Below, in pieces: positions 1 to 10,327 of a stretch of 45,245 nucleotides of DNA. The DNA lies in the NCBI GenBank assembly GCA_001179505.1, contig CDMY01000599.1:1-45245 (forward strand), given 5' to 3'. The stretch's first letter is position 1, and the number at the start of each line of letters is the position of its first letter. Source of the stretch: Vitrella brassicaformis CCMP3155 (lineage: Eukaryota; Protista; Chromerida). A program made the position numbers and the translations under genes. The notes below the pieces were generated by a model, which was not told the DNA's origin, made no database searches, and saw only the letters and a list, made by a program, of their open reading frames with translations.

Positions 1-107
1 AGGTGGAGGGGGTTGGGTGTAGTCCGATACACGCTCGCTCATCCGAAAAGGAGGAGAAACAGCCGAGAAATCACCAACTCTTGATCAGTAATTAGCGCGT
101 GTTTGAG

Positions 108-2030
108 ATGTCTGATGGCGCTGATGGCGGGAAGCGCCAGCGCGTCGACGGCCCGGCTGCCTCAGGTAAGCCGAGAGAGATGGAGAGGATGGGGTGAAGC
201 ATGGTATGAACAGATGATGTGCTGTGTGTCGTCAGGTCATGGGATGAATGGAGTGTCATCATCGCAGCACCAGCAGATGGATGCCGCCCATGACGCATCG
301 GTGGGCCGTCTGTCCCATACACCTTTGAAAGGCCTTTGTGTGGCAGCACGACTGTGTGTGTCTTGTGTGTCTGTGTGCAGGCGGCCGGCTGTAGTCTTAG
401 TTTTGAGGAGGTGCAGCGGCGCTTCTCAGTGCTGCTGGCACAAGTGACACAGGTGAGGACGCGATGACGACACACATCCACACACACAGCTCGGCCGTGT
501 GTTGCTCAGGTGGAGTGTGATGTGACGACCATTGAAGGCTCGTTCGTCGCCAATGTGGCTCCCCAGGTCAGAGCCTTCATCCCATCACCACCGCCGCCAT
601 GACTCATTCTTCTCTGTCTGTGTCGATGGCCTCAGGTGCCGTCTGTTGCCTCAAACTGGTCCACCCTCAAGAGCAGCCTCTCGGCGACCTCTGACGCCCT
701 CACCGCCATCACAGAAGGCATGGCGGCCACTCACCCACCCCAGGCCCCTCCCTCACACCCCCACCCCTCCCCGCCAGATGCCCATGCCGCCCCCACTCAA
801 ACCACTGACACTACAGCTGCCGCTGATGCCGGCACTGCGGCTCGTCGCACAGAGAATCGCCTACCGTCGGATCTCTATTGCGACCACATCGTCGGCTTCC
901 TCCCTATCAGTGACGCCATCTGCCCGGCAAGGGCGGCAAACACTTTCTATGGTACCGAGCTCGTCGATGAGAACTTTGTGCTCGGTCGCATCGACACGGA
1001 CCTCGGCCGTCGGTCTCTGCGGGGCCTCATCGACGTGCAGCGCCCGACACTTGAGTACTACACCAAGTGCGCCCATACACTCGAGTACGGCGGGGTGGTG
1101 TGGTGTGAGTGGGCCGATTTCATCCGGCTGGCTGACATCTATAAGCTGACCGACGATCTGCCTCTGATCATGTCGACAGAGTGGATGGCGCAGCACTTCC
1201 GCAGTAAGGCCGACTTCCACTCGATGCCCGCGGCACTCCGCCAGTACAGCACATTCGGCCACCTTCTCAACTACAAGGGCACCAGTCTGGCGCTCACAAA
1301 GCTGGATGAGGCCGATGATGGCGGTGAGGGCAAAAAGGACAAAGAGGAGGCCGAGCCAATGGAGGAGGATGACGGTGGGGAAGGACAGGGCAATGGGGAC
1401 GGAGAGGAGGACAGGGAAGGAGAGGGCGGTGGGAGCGGGCAGATGGACGAGCCGATGGAGGGGGAGGGGGAGAAGGAGGATGGGCAGCGGTACCGCATCG
1501 GAGTCGGCGAGCACCAGTGGGAGTTCGAGACGGTGCCGCTGTCCGGCCTTCCTCCCCGCCATCCCTTCCGCCGCACATACGACCCCCACAACCCGCCCAT
1601 CCGCTACCTTGCCCGCTACCGCCATGGCTTGCTCTTCCCCTCGTTCACGGCCTTCATCCGACGGATGGTGTTGGCGGCCTGGTGTGGCCAAGAGGGGGTG
1701 GGCGAGAAGCGGGCATTTCGGGTGGGGAGGGTGGACGGCGGCGATGAGCGCTATCAGAAGCTGCTGACCGGCACTATCGAGGACCTCACCACCATCGACC
1801 TCATCTTGGAGACGAATGACGAGCGGGTGCGACAGATCGTGCTCAAGGGCATGAAGGAGGGCGACAGCATCGCTGCCCGCCTGTTGCTTGGCAATGGCTA
1901 CATCGAGCTCTACACGAACGAGGCAAGGATCGAGGGCCAGGAGAGGCTGCCTGACCGATTCCCCATCGCGATGTCCCTGGTCCGCCCTCTGCTGACCAAA
2001 CACGGACTCGCCCACCTCATACCGCAGTAG
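108..2030 (+). CDS. Lineage-specific multigene family member, copy 1 (F-box-like motif plus conserved C-terminal domain), apparently intact
   Basis: In-phase exon chain 108-165 (MSDGADGGKRQRVDGPAAS), 236-300, 381-452, 510-566 and 636-2030, all GT-AG. The 464-aa terminal ORF contains LPSDLYCDHIVGFLPISDA, FIRLADIYKL, FGHLLNYKGTSLAL and YDPHNPPIR, shared with the other copies. Confidence 0.85.
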
Positions 2031-2546
2031 AGACGACCAGACAGGTGAGCCGGGGGGAGGCAAACAGGCAGTGCCACACATGGTGGTCTGTGTGTGTGTG
2101 TGTGTGTGTGATGGTGTGCAGGTTGATTTCTTCCGAGTGTTGGCTGAGACTCTCAAGTAGATTTGCTGGATGGACGGCCTATCGAGTGTTAGCTGACGTG
2201 CGTGATCCATGTCTGTGTGAGAGGTGCATGACTCGCCTCTCCCAACTTAATTGATTGATCACTGCATGGAAGTGTCACTCACTCAGTCCATAGCCACACA
2301 GCTGTCCTATCAGCCAACCCCCTAGCCGCGCACCCATCGCTTCCACAACACCAAGCTGGTGTCACAGAGCTCCCTCCCCACCCTCATCACACAGTAATTG
2401 TGCACCGCACCCCGCCTCCACCAAAACAACTCAACCAGGTCATGGCCACGGTGCCTGCCACACAACACACACATAACCCATTAACTAAGGAATGGCGACT
2501 TCCTCCCCCTCGCTCCACCCCCCCAGCTGACCTGATTGGATGGGAT

Positions 2547-5282
2547 TCACTGCCATGGTTGGTGCTGCGGCGGGCCGGGAAGCAGAGGCCTCACACCTGC
2601 CGCCTGCAGGGCCTGCATCAGATGCGCCACGGCCGCCGGGTCCATCGATGAATCTGCCACACGATAATCACCAGCAGAGAGGAGAGAGAGATGGGTGGGG
2701 TGCCCTCGTCTGTGTCGGCTACTGCGCTGCCCTCATTACATACTTGATGCAGGTGGCTGTGAAGGCTGTGGGGGCTGTGGGGGCCTGGCCGATAATCCGG
2801 ATGAGTCGGTAGGCGGCTTGGTCTCACCCTCTTCGTCGTAGGACGAGAAGAACTCTGTCCAGTTGGACCGATCTGAGACAGACAGATAAACACACAGACA
2901 CACAGATGCCGATGGTATGCTACTGCCGTCCCATTCCTCCAGCTCACCAGGCATAGCGACGGCCCCTTCAGCCGCCTTGCCAGCAGCCCGGCCTCCTCCT
3001 TCGCTCCCCGTGTCTGTGCTCCTCTTGGCCCCGTCCGTCGTGAGCAACGGAGGCTTAGAGACCACAGGCGCACCCACCCTCACTGGGGCCGCTGCAGCCG
3101 CAGCAGCATGCTGCTGCTGCTGCGGTTGGTGCACCACTGCCGCCCTAACAGCCGACACGTCACTGCCCCCACCCTGACCCTGCGCCGGCCCGTCTGAGCG
3201 AGGCATTGGCGGCTTGTCCTCGAACTTCATCGGTGGTCGCTGGAAGGCCCCTTGAGGCGGTCTTTCGATCAGTGGAGGACCGCCATTGTTGCTGTAGGGC
3301 TTGGCGAAGTGCGTGTGAGGGGGCGGCCGTGCGTAGGGGTCATGCATCATGGACGGAGGGGGGCGGGGGGGTCCCTCGTAGGCCTCCCGTCGGCCGTTGA
3401 AGCGCCCACCGCCGTACGGACGGAACAAGGGGCCATCTGTCAGAAGAAGGGACACACCAAACATGAATGAATGACGATCCAGGTGGGAGATGGGCTCGCT
3501 GTCCATCCGTACGTACCATCTGGTGGGCACAGGGGTGGACGAAACTCGCCGCTCATCGGAGGGCCGCGGGGAGGCCTCCTGCAACACAAGGACGGGACGT
3601 TGCTGCCAAAGAGTCTCGCCTTTCCCCCGTCGCTTACCCATAAGGATCTGGTGGGTAGAATATCGGTGGTGGGCCGTACCCACCACCCGGACCCTGACAA
3701 AAAACAACCAACCGACTCAGCCAAGCCAACCAGATACACTCGTTCGTCCATCGGCCGGCCGTCGATCCCCTCCTGCTTACAGGTCTGTAGAAATGTGGGT
3801 CCATCGGGCCTCTGGGCGGGCCAAGGTACTCGCCTCGAAACGGTCGCGGCCCCGGCGGCCGCATGAACGGCGGTGGGGGTCCGTCATGGACAAACCGATC
3901 GTCCTGACAAACAAACAGGCGGGAAGAGAGGAGCATACATCCCAATGAGTCAGTGAATCTGTGCAGGAGGTTTTCCGGGTTTCCATCCTCTCTGCATATG
4001 AACGTAGTTACCTCTGCTTCATGTCTGTGTCTGTGTGGTCTTGGTCCTCTGAAGGAACCGCCGCCGCCACCACGGAAAGGCGGAGGGCCCGGCCTACACC
4101 CACCACCACCATTCCCGTGTGGCTCACAGAGTGTCAGACTGCCTGCCTGTCTGTCTGTCTGCCCGGCGTCTCTTCAGCCACAGTGAGCGTGTACCTGAAT
4201 CGCCGGCCGTTGTGTGGCCTGTCGTCCCTCCAGTCGTGGCGAGGACGGTCACGGTCGCGAGACCTGAAAAGGGATGACATTCAGGCAGGCAGGCAGGCAG
4301 GCATCAGAGTGAGAGATGTGGTGGGTGCCCCGCGTGTGAGCTGAGCTACCTGGATCGATGATCTCTCCTCCTCTCCCACCAGTCGCCCGAGCGATGGTCA
4401 TCCCTGCAGTGCACACACATCCATCCACACACTCACTCACGGACGACGATCATCAAGAAGACGTCACATCTGTCGCATCACATGCATCTCTTACACACCT
4501 GTCCCATTTGCCCGTGTGCTTCTGGGGTGCACCATGGTCACGGCGATGCCTATCAGACCTCCTGGCCAGACAGACAGACAGACAAACACTCACACACGAT
4601 ATTGCATGTGTACCTCCGTTGGTCGAGGTCAGGTGCGACTTTCTCTGCCGAATCGCGCTGTGCCGCTTTTTCTTTTCCGTCTGCATCATTGGTGTCGGTT
4701 GGCGTCCCCATGTGTTGTCGTTTGTCCCGCTCCCTCTCCATCCTGCCGATTTCCTGGTCCTCGTGCAGACCCACATCAGCCTGGCGCACACGACGCTTCC
4801 GGCCAAACTCATCCGTGATGGTCACCATCTGACATACACACAGTCAGACACACCGACAGGCAGACAGACAGACAGACAGCATACAGAACACGCCACTTCT
4901 ATGCGTGTAATACCTGCTCATCTGTATCATCACCGTCTTGACTTGTTTCTTTTGCGTCGTTGCTGTTGCCTGCTTGTTCGCCGTCCTTGGCATGAGTCAC
5001 CGCCCCGTTCTGGGCCGCCTCGGGGCACTCTTGATCTCCAGCTGGCTCGGTGACGTTGGTCGGGGCTGCATTTTTCCCTCCATTTTCAATCGGATCTCCG
5101 CTCTCGGGCTCGTCCTGCTCCATCATGCTTTGCCACGGCGCTGTTTCTGTCTTTCCAAGACGAGCGATCCGTCTGCAAGCTTGGCGCGCAGAGTCGCTCT
5201 GCCCCGTTCCCTCTGCTCCAGCACCTCGTTGGTTGTCATGCAGATCTGTGTCGCCTTCGTCTGCATGGCCCTGATCTCTCAT
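2547..5282 (-). CDS. Multi-exon hypothetical low-complexity protein (acidic N-terminus; Arg/Asp-, Pro/Gly- and Gln/Ala-rich regions), possibly RNA-associated
   Basis: Coding-like minus-strand segments separated by microsatellite introns: MRDQGHADEG..., VTITDEFGRKRRVRQ..., SRDRDRPRHDWRDDR, PGPPPFRGGGGG, DGPPPPFMRPPGPRPF, YGGGRFNGRREAYEGPPRPPP and the final ...PGPPQHQPWQ* (TGA 2549-2547). The start codon is tentative. Confidence 0.6.
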
Positions 5283-5360
5283 GTGTCAGCCCTGTTCCCG
5301 CCCATAAGAGCGGTTGAAGGCCTCACCAACAGCATCGTCATCGACGCGGGCGACCAGCCC

Positions 5361-5904
5361 ATGGAGCCCAAGCTCTTCTTCTCGCAGAAGCACCACGACA
5401 TCGACAGGAGGCAGCAACGCAGACAAACGCGACGTTTCTCTCTCGCCGCTTTGTCGAGGGCGCTGTGCAGCAGGGACGGCAGGACGGTGCTGCGGCCCGA
5501 GTGCCCGCCGCGCAGAGGCAGCAGCCGTGGTGCGGGCTGGAGGCTGTGCTCGACGCCGCCTCAGCGAGACCCATCGCTGAGCGGCAAGCTGAGAGAGTAT
5601 GCGAAGGAGGTGGTGAATGTGCGGAGTATGGGCGAGTGGACGAGGCTGAATGAACGCTACTTCGACGCGCCGGCGCTGCACCTGGAAAAGGTGAGGCGCA
5701 TGTCAGTGAGGAGGGCGGAAGAGGGCGTGGCAAGCACCACATTGTGGTGCGGTTTGTGTGCTTTGTGTGTGCAGGTCGGCATGGGGACGGTGTTTGGGTA
5801 TCTGAGTGGGTATGCCGTCAAGAACGCCCTCAAGGTGTCGGCTTTGCTTGTCGGGTAAGGAGATGGGCAGCGGACAGACAGATGAGCAGGCCAGCAAGCA
5901 TCAT

Positions 5905-5938
<34 letters not shown>

Positions 5939-6345
5939 GATCAGTGCGAGCTTCATCGGTCTGCAGCTGCTGGCCCACCAGGGCTACATCACCATCGACT
6001 GGGACAGGGCGGAGCGCGACTTCAACAGCCTCTTCGATAGAGACCAGGACGGCCGCATATCCTCACAAGGTGCGGCGAACGATCACACATACTGCTCGGT
6101 GGCATCACCACTTTCATCAGCTCTCTCTCTCTCTCTCTCTCTGCGTGTGTGTTGGGTGGGTGTCCTTCTACGCAGACGTACGTGACCTGTTCGGCAGGCT
6201 GGGCAGCTTCCTCTCGTATGGCCTTCCAAGTGAGACCACCGCAGCATCGCCACTTCACGTGTGTGCGTCATGTCCATTGCCTGTGCGTCATACTGCAGGC
6301 GCTTCTGGCTTCGGCGTCGGCTTTTACCTCGCCCTCAAGTCATAG
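5361..6345 (+). CDS. FUN14: FUN14-family mitochondrial outer-membrane protein
   Basis: Exons 5361-5690, 5775-5854, 5945-6069, 6176-6229 and 6299-6345 splice to VGMGTVFGYLSGYAVKNALKVSALLVGASFIGLQLLAHQGYITIDWDRAERDF...LPSASGFGVGFYLALKS*. This matches the FUN14 pattern (G-x3-G helices, LQxLAHxGYIxIDW). The start codon is tentative. Confidence 0.8.
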
Positions 6346-6899
6346 CTAGATAGCCACGAGCAACAATCCGATAATGTGATGTGCAAGACAGTATGAGACG
6401 GGTCTGTCGTGTATAGAAACGAGTGGCTTAGTGAGTGGGTGTCATCCATCGTTTGTGGGGGTGTTTCCTGCCAGTCCGATCGCCAACGCCGCCGCCATTC
6501 TTGTCACTTTAGCTGCACATCGGCTCCAGTGGCGACGATGGCGGCGGCGGCGACGATCGGCAGGCAGGGAGTGACCCGAGCAGACGTCAGCTAAGTGGGA
6601 GGGCCGGTGAGAAAGGTCCTCTGACAGTCAGTGTTTTTTGTGTGTATCGCTCACTTATTTCTGTGTACGATAGGATAGGTATGTAAGCATTGGATGAATG
6701 GGCGGACGAATGGAATGGGCGGATGGGTCTCTTCTGCTTCCATGGCCAGCCAGTGCGTGTGTTGTGTCTGATTCGCGCCGCGCTCTCTCTCTGTTAGTGC
6801 TGTCTGTGTTTTGTTGTCTATGCAATTGCATCCATCGCAGACATCAGCTGCTGATGTCTTCATTCTCTTCATCATATGCCCCGTCTCGTCTGTGTGTCC

Positions 6900-8740
6900 G
6901 TCGGTGTGTCTTTCGGCGGCCCGTCCGCAGCTGCCTCACGCAGTATCGGTGTTGAACCAGTGTCTGTCTGTCTGTCTGTCTGGGAGGGCCAGCCAAGTCA
7001 GTCAGTGTCGTATGTTCACAAACAGACAGACAGACACGCGTATGTGTGTAAATGGGATGATGGAATGGCATGTGTGGATCGAATCAAGGAGTGAGCCGCT
7101 CACCAAGACACACCCACCCCACCCCACCCCACCGACCAGTCAGCAACATATCACGGCACGAGAGAGACAAGGCCTAGGCGGCATTGCAACCGGGCCTTTT
7201 GTGCCGCTCGCGCTCGTTGTTCATGTGTGCGTCAGAAATGAATACACACAGCGTCCTCTCTGGCTGTGCGTGTGATCGCATACAGGCGATCGCTTCTCAG
7301 TTGTGGCTGCCGGATGACTCGATCATGTTCCGTCCAGGTCAAGTGGCCGGCACATGGTCAAGTCCGTAGGGCGACTAAACAGCTAGAGAGGGAAGGCCTA
7401 TAACACACGCACACACACGCATAGAGAGAGGTTGGGACGTCCACCCCCGCGCGCACACAACAATGCGATAAATCTCTCACTCACTCACTCACTCACACAC
7501 ACAGACACATACGTCGGCAGAAAGTGATCTGCCGTCGTCAAGATGCAAAACCGCACGGCGGCACTCGCTGTTCTGCCTGGGAAAAACTGTCGCCTCATGT
7601 CTCTGGGGATGTTACTTTCGAGCGTCGTCCGGCAGACGGGCGACTGATGAGTGAATGGCAAGAAACTCAGGTAGGCAGTGATCCATCGACTGCGTACACG
7701 ATAAAGACATGCACATCGGCGGACACGTAGAAAGTGTGAGGGAGGCATGCAACACTCTCTGGCCCGAAAAAGAGCGGCCTCACTTCCATGCACTCGCCCG
7801 TCTGTCTGGTGCACCCGCCCGCCCCGAACCAGGCAGCGATCGATCGAGTGACTACCACACACCGCGAGGAGACATCCAGGCAGAAGACACGGACACTCCC
7901 ACTCACACGCACCCCGTCTCGCTCAGCAGCCCGCTACAGGCAGGGGGCGGCGAGAGGTCCCTTCAACAGTCCACACGCACACCACACACACGTGATGACA
8001 CGCGGACACCGGACAGCGCCTTGAAAGTGTATGTGATGTGATGGAATGGAACGGAGCAAAGACCATCGGGGGATCACCAGCGGTTAAGTACAACGCAGAG
8101 TGACAATATACAAACAAGAAAGGCAGGCGACGACACACAGGCTGGATGTGTCGCGTGTTGGCCTCTCCCCTGTGTCTTTCGGCCAGCCACCTGTCTATCT
8201 GTCTGTCTGTCTGTCTTATACCAGTGAGTGTCGTATGCACACAGACACATACGTACATCCATACATCCATACATATATACATGTGTATAAATGGCATGGA
8301 ATGGAATGAACCACTGAGCCGCTTCCCTCACCAAAGCACACACACGCCACCCACCAGTCAGCGTTACAGCACAGAACAAGATGGACAACATAGCAATCGC
8401 CAACACGAAAGACGCGCCAGAGATTATTAAGTGAGTCAGTCAGTCAGAGAGAGGGAGAGAAGGCCTACTATACGGACGAAAAAAAAAAAACAGACATGGC
8501 GTCGTTTGCCTGGCCATACCGCCACTACGACACTGATAGATACGCGTGTACGTCATTCCGAAACACAGACAGACAGACAGACAGACAGACGGGCACGCCA
8601 CACACAGAGAGACCTGGACTTCATGTGTGTGTGAGAGAGGCGATCTCTGCGACCTCTCGGCTCTCTCTCTCTCTCTCTCTCTGATGTACATTTATCAGCT
8701 GAAATGTATGCAAAACCGCACAGCGGCCCTCACTGCCGGG
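6900..8740. repeat. Degenerate non-coding tandem duplication (about 6900-7570 vs about 8170-8740)
   Basis: Shared blocks in the same order: tgtgtctttcggc, gtgtcgtatg..caca.acag, taaatgg..tggaatg, tgagccgct..caccaa, accagtcagc, gagag..aaggccta and atgcaaaaccgcacRgcggcMctcRctg. Confidence 0.5.
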
Positions 8741-9107
8741 GAGAACCGACGTGTCAGCAGACGTCATTGCTCCGTGTGCAGCCATGAGCGTGTGTGTGTA
8801 GGGGGTCCGACACATGACAGACAACACACACACATGGCCACGCACAGGAGCAAACCGTCTGTCGTCTGTCGCAGTGAGTGTCAGTGAGTCAGTCAGTCAG
8901 TGAGTGGGTCGGCAGATACACCCCTCACTCCAGTATGTATGTATATGGGTGTGTGTATGGGTGTGGTGTGGTGTGGTGTGGTACATGGTGTGGTCAGTTG
9001 GTGCCCTCGCCGCCGGAGACGCCCTGGCCCTCCTCGCCTGAGCCCTGCTTCTCGGCCATCCACCCTTACACCACCGTGACCTGGCCGTCGTCGGTGTCGG
9101 CCGGCTC

Positions 9108-10108
9108 TTATTGGTCGTAGCCATAATTGCTGTCCGAGGCGGTGTCGGCCGACTCTGGTGCTTCGACGACCCAATTGTCGTCATCGTCATCGTCATTGTC
9201 GGTGTCGGCCGGCTCTGTCAGCTGTGCGTCATCGCGTATGTAGGTTTCGCCCAGCTGCCGGAGCAGCTCTTCGGTTAGTCTCGGTGGGGTGGTCCCGGCG
9301 TCGTGGTAGGGCGATATGATACTGAGCCAACACACATCACAAAGAGTGAGCGCAGGTGTGTGTGACATGTCCGATCGCTCACTCACCTGATCCGGAGTCT
9401 CTCTTTGTCGTGGTGGTGCGCGCGCTCCTGTGCGGTGGTGTGGAAGAGCGCCTCGACGGCCGCCTCGCACGCATCCGCAGGGGTGACCACCGTGGTCCCT
9501 GCATCACCGTTGGCCAGAAGCTGTTGCTTGAAGTCGTGTTGCTTGGAGGGCCCGAGCAAGAGCGTCTCGGGCACGGCGACGACGATGACGTCGGGCTTCC
9601 AGTTCTCAGTCACCAGCGAGACCGCCGCCTTGATATCTACACGCGCGCACACACACACACAAACGCAGACAACTAATCACGTGTTCAGCGTGTGCGCGTG
9701 TCCCTGAAAGCGCCCACCGTTTTCTGCGGGCAGAGCGGTCAGTGTGACCTTCTGCACACCGAGGTCCGGCAGGAGAGTGGGGATGCTGACCACACCCAAT
9801 TTCTTCAGGATGTCCTGGTACGCTGAAGGAAGTCGCACGACACACACGCACACACGGACACACATCCCGTCCAGCCACACAGAACACAACACCGCGGTGC
9901 ATGTCTCGCTGGGGACCTGCCGACGCCGTGTCGTGGACTGTGACATCGGGATGATCCTGGTACTTGGCCAACCTGCATGAGCAAGCAGCACCACACGCAC
10001 TCTGTCGCATGCCCCTCCGCCCCCTTCTCTCTCGCTGAGTGCCCTGACTGCCTTCCTGGCGGCATGCATGTTCCTCGCTCACTCGATGATAGCAATCTTC
10101 TTCGTCAT
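9108..10108 (-). CDS. Hypothetical protein with acidic C-terminal tail
   Basis: ATG at 10108 (MTKKIAII). Minus-strand exons encode RLAKYQDHPDVTVHDTASA, AYQDILKKLGVVSIPTLLPDLGVQKV, DIKAAVSLVTENWKPDVIVVAVPETLLLG and ...DNDDDDDNW...YGYDQ*, with GT-AG boundaries. Confidence 0.65.
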
Positions 10109-10327
10109 CTTGGAGCCCCTCGCTGACGACAACAGCAAATACCGGCCGACGAGATCTGAGAGGCCCAATAACAGACGCTCTGGCACGGAAGGCTCGGGTG
10201 CTTCGAGACGCCAGGGACAGGCCGACGACAGGACTACCGCGCTAGGGTGCTTCGTCAAACCGCTGCCTTCGAGACGCTTCGAGTCGCGTTAAACACAATA
10301 AGCAAGGGGAGGCGGGGTTCTCATCGA

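Noticed and set aside
861-2210. Long antisense ORFs overlapping the family genes (also 10772-11698, 16115-16714, 43392-44333) and other coding exons
   Set aside because: They are shadow frames of GC-rich coding sequence. Their similarity to each other simply mirrors the sense-strand paralogy.
2840-2875. NWTEFFSSYDEEG as the start of a WW domain
   Set aside because: The spliced continuation (ETKPPTDSSG...) lacks the YY/YF and second Trp of WW domains.
7289-7300. ATCGCTTCTC resembling the U2 snRNA 5' end
   Set aside because: Only 10 nt match. The branch-point recognition sequence and Sm site are absent.
7644-7670. CTGATGAG...GAAAC resembling a hammerhead ribozyme core (a similar CTGATGAG lies at about 12753)
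   Set aside because: No stem II with the required G-C closing pair before GAAA at the first site, and no GAAA at the second. Stems I and III are not evident.
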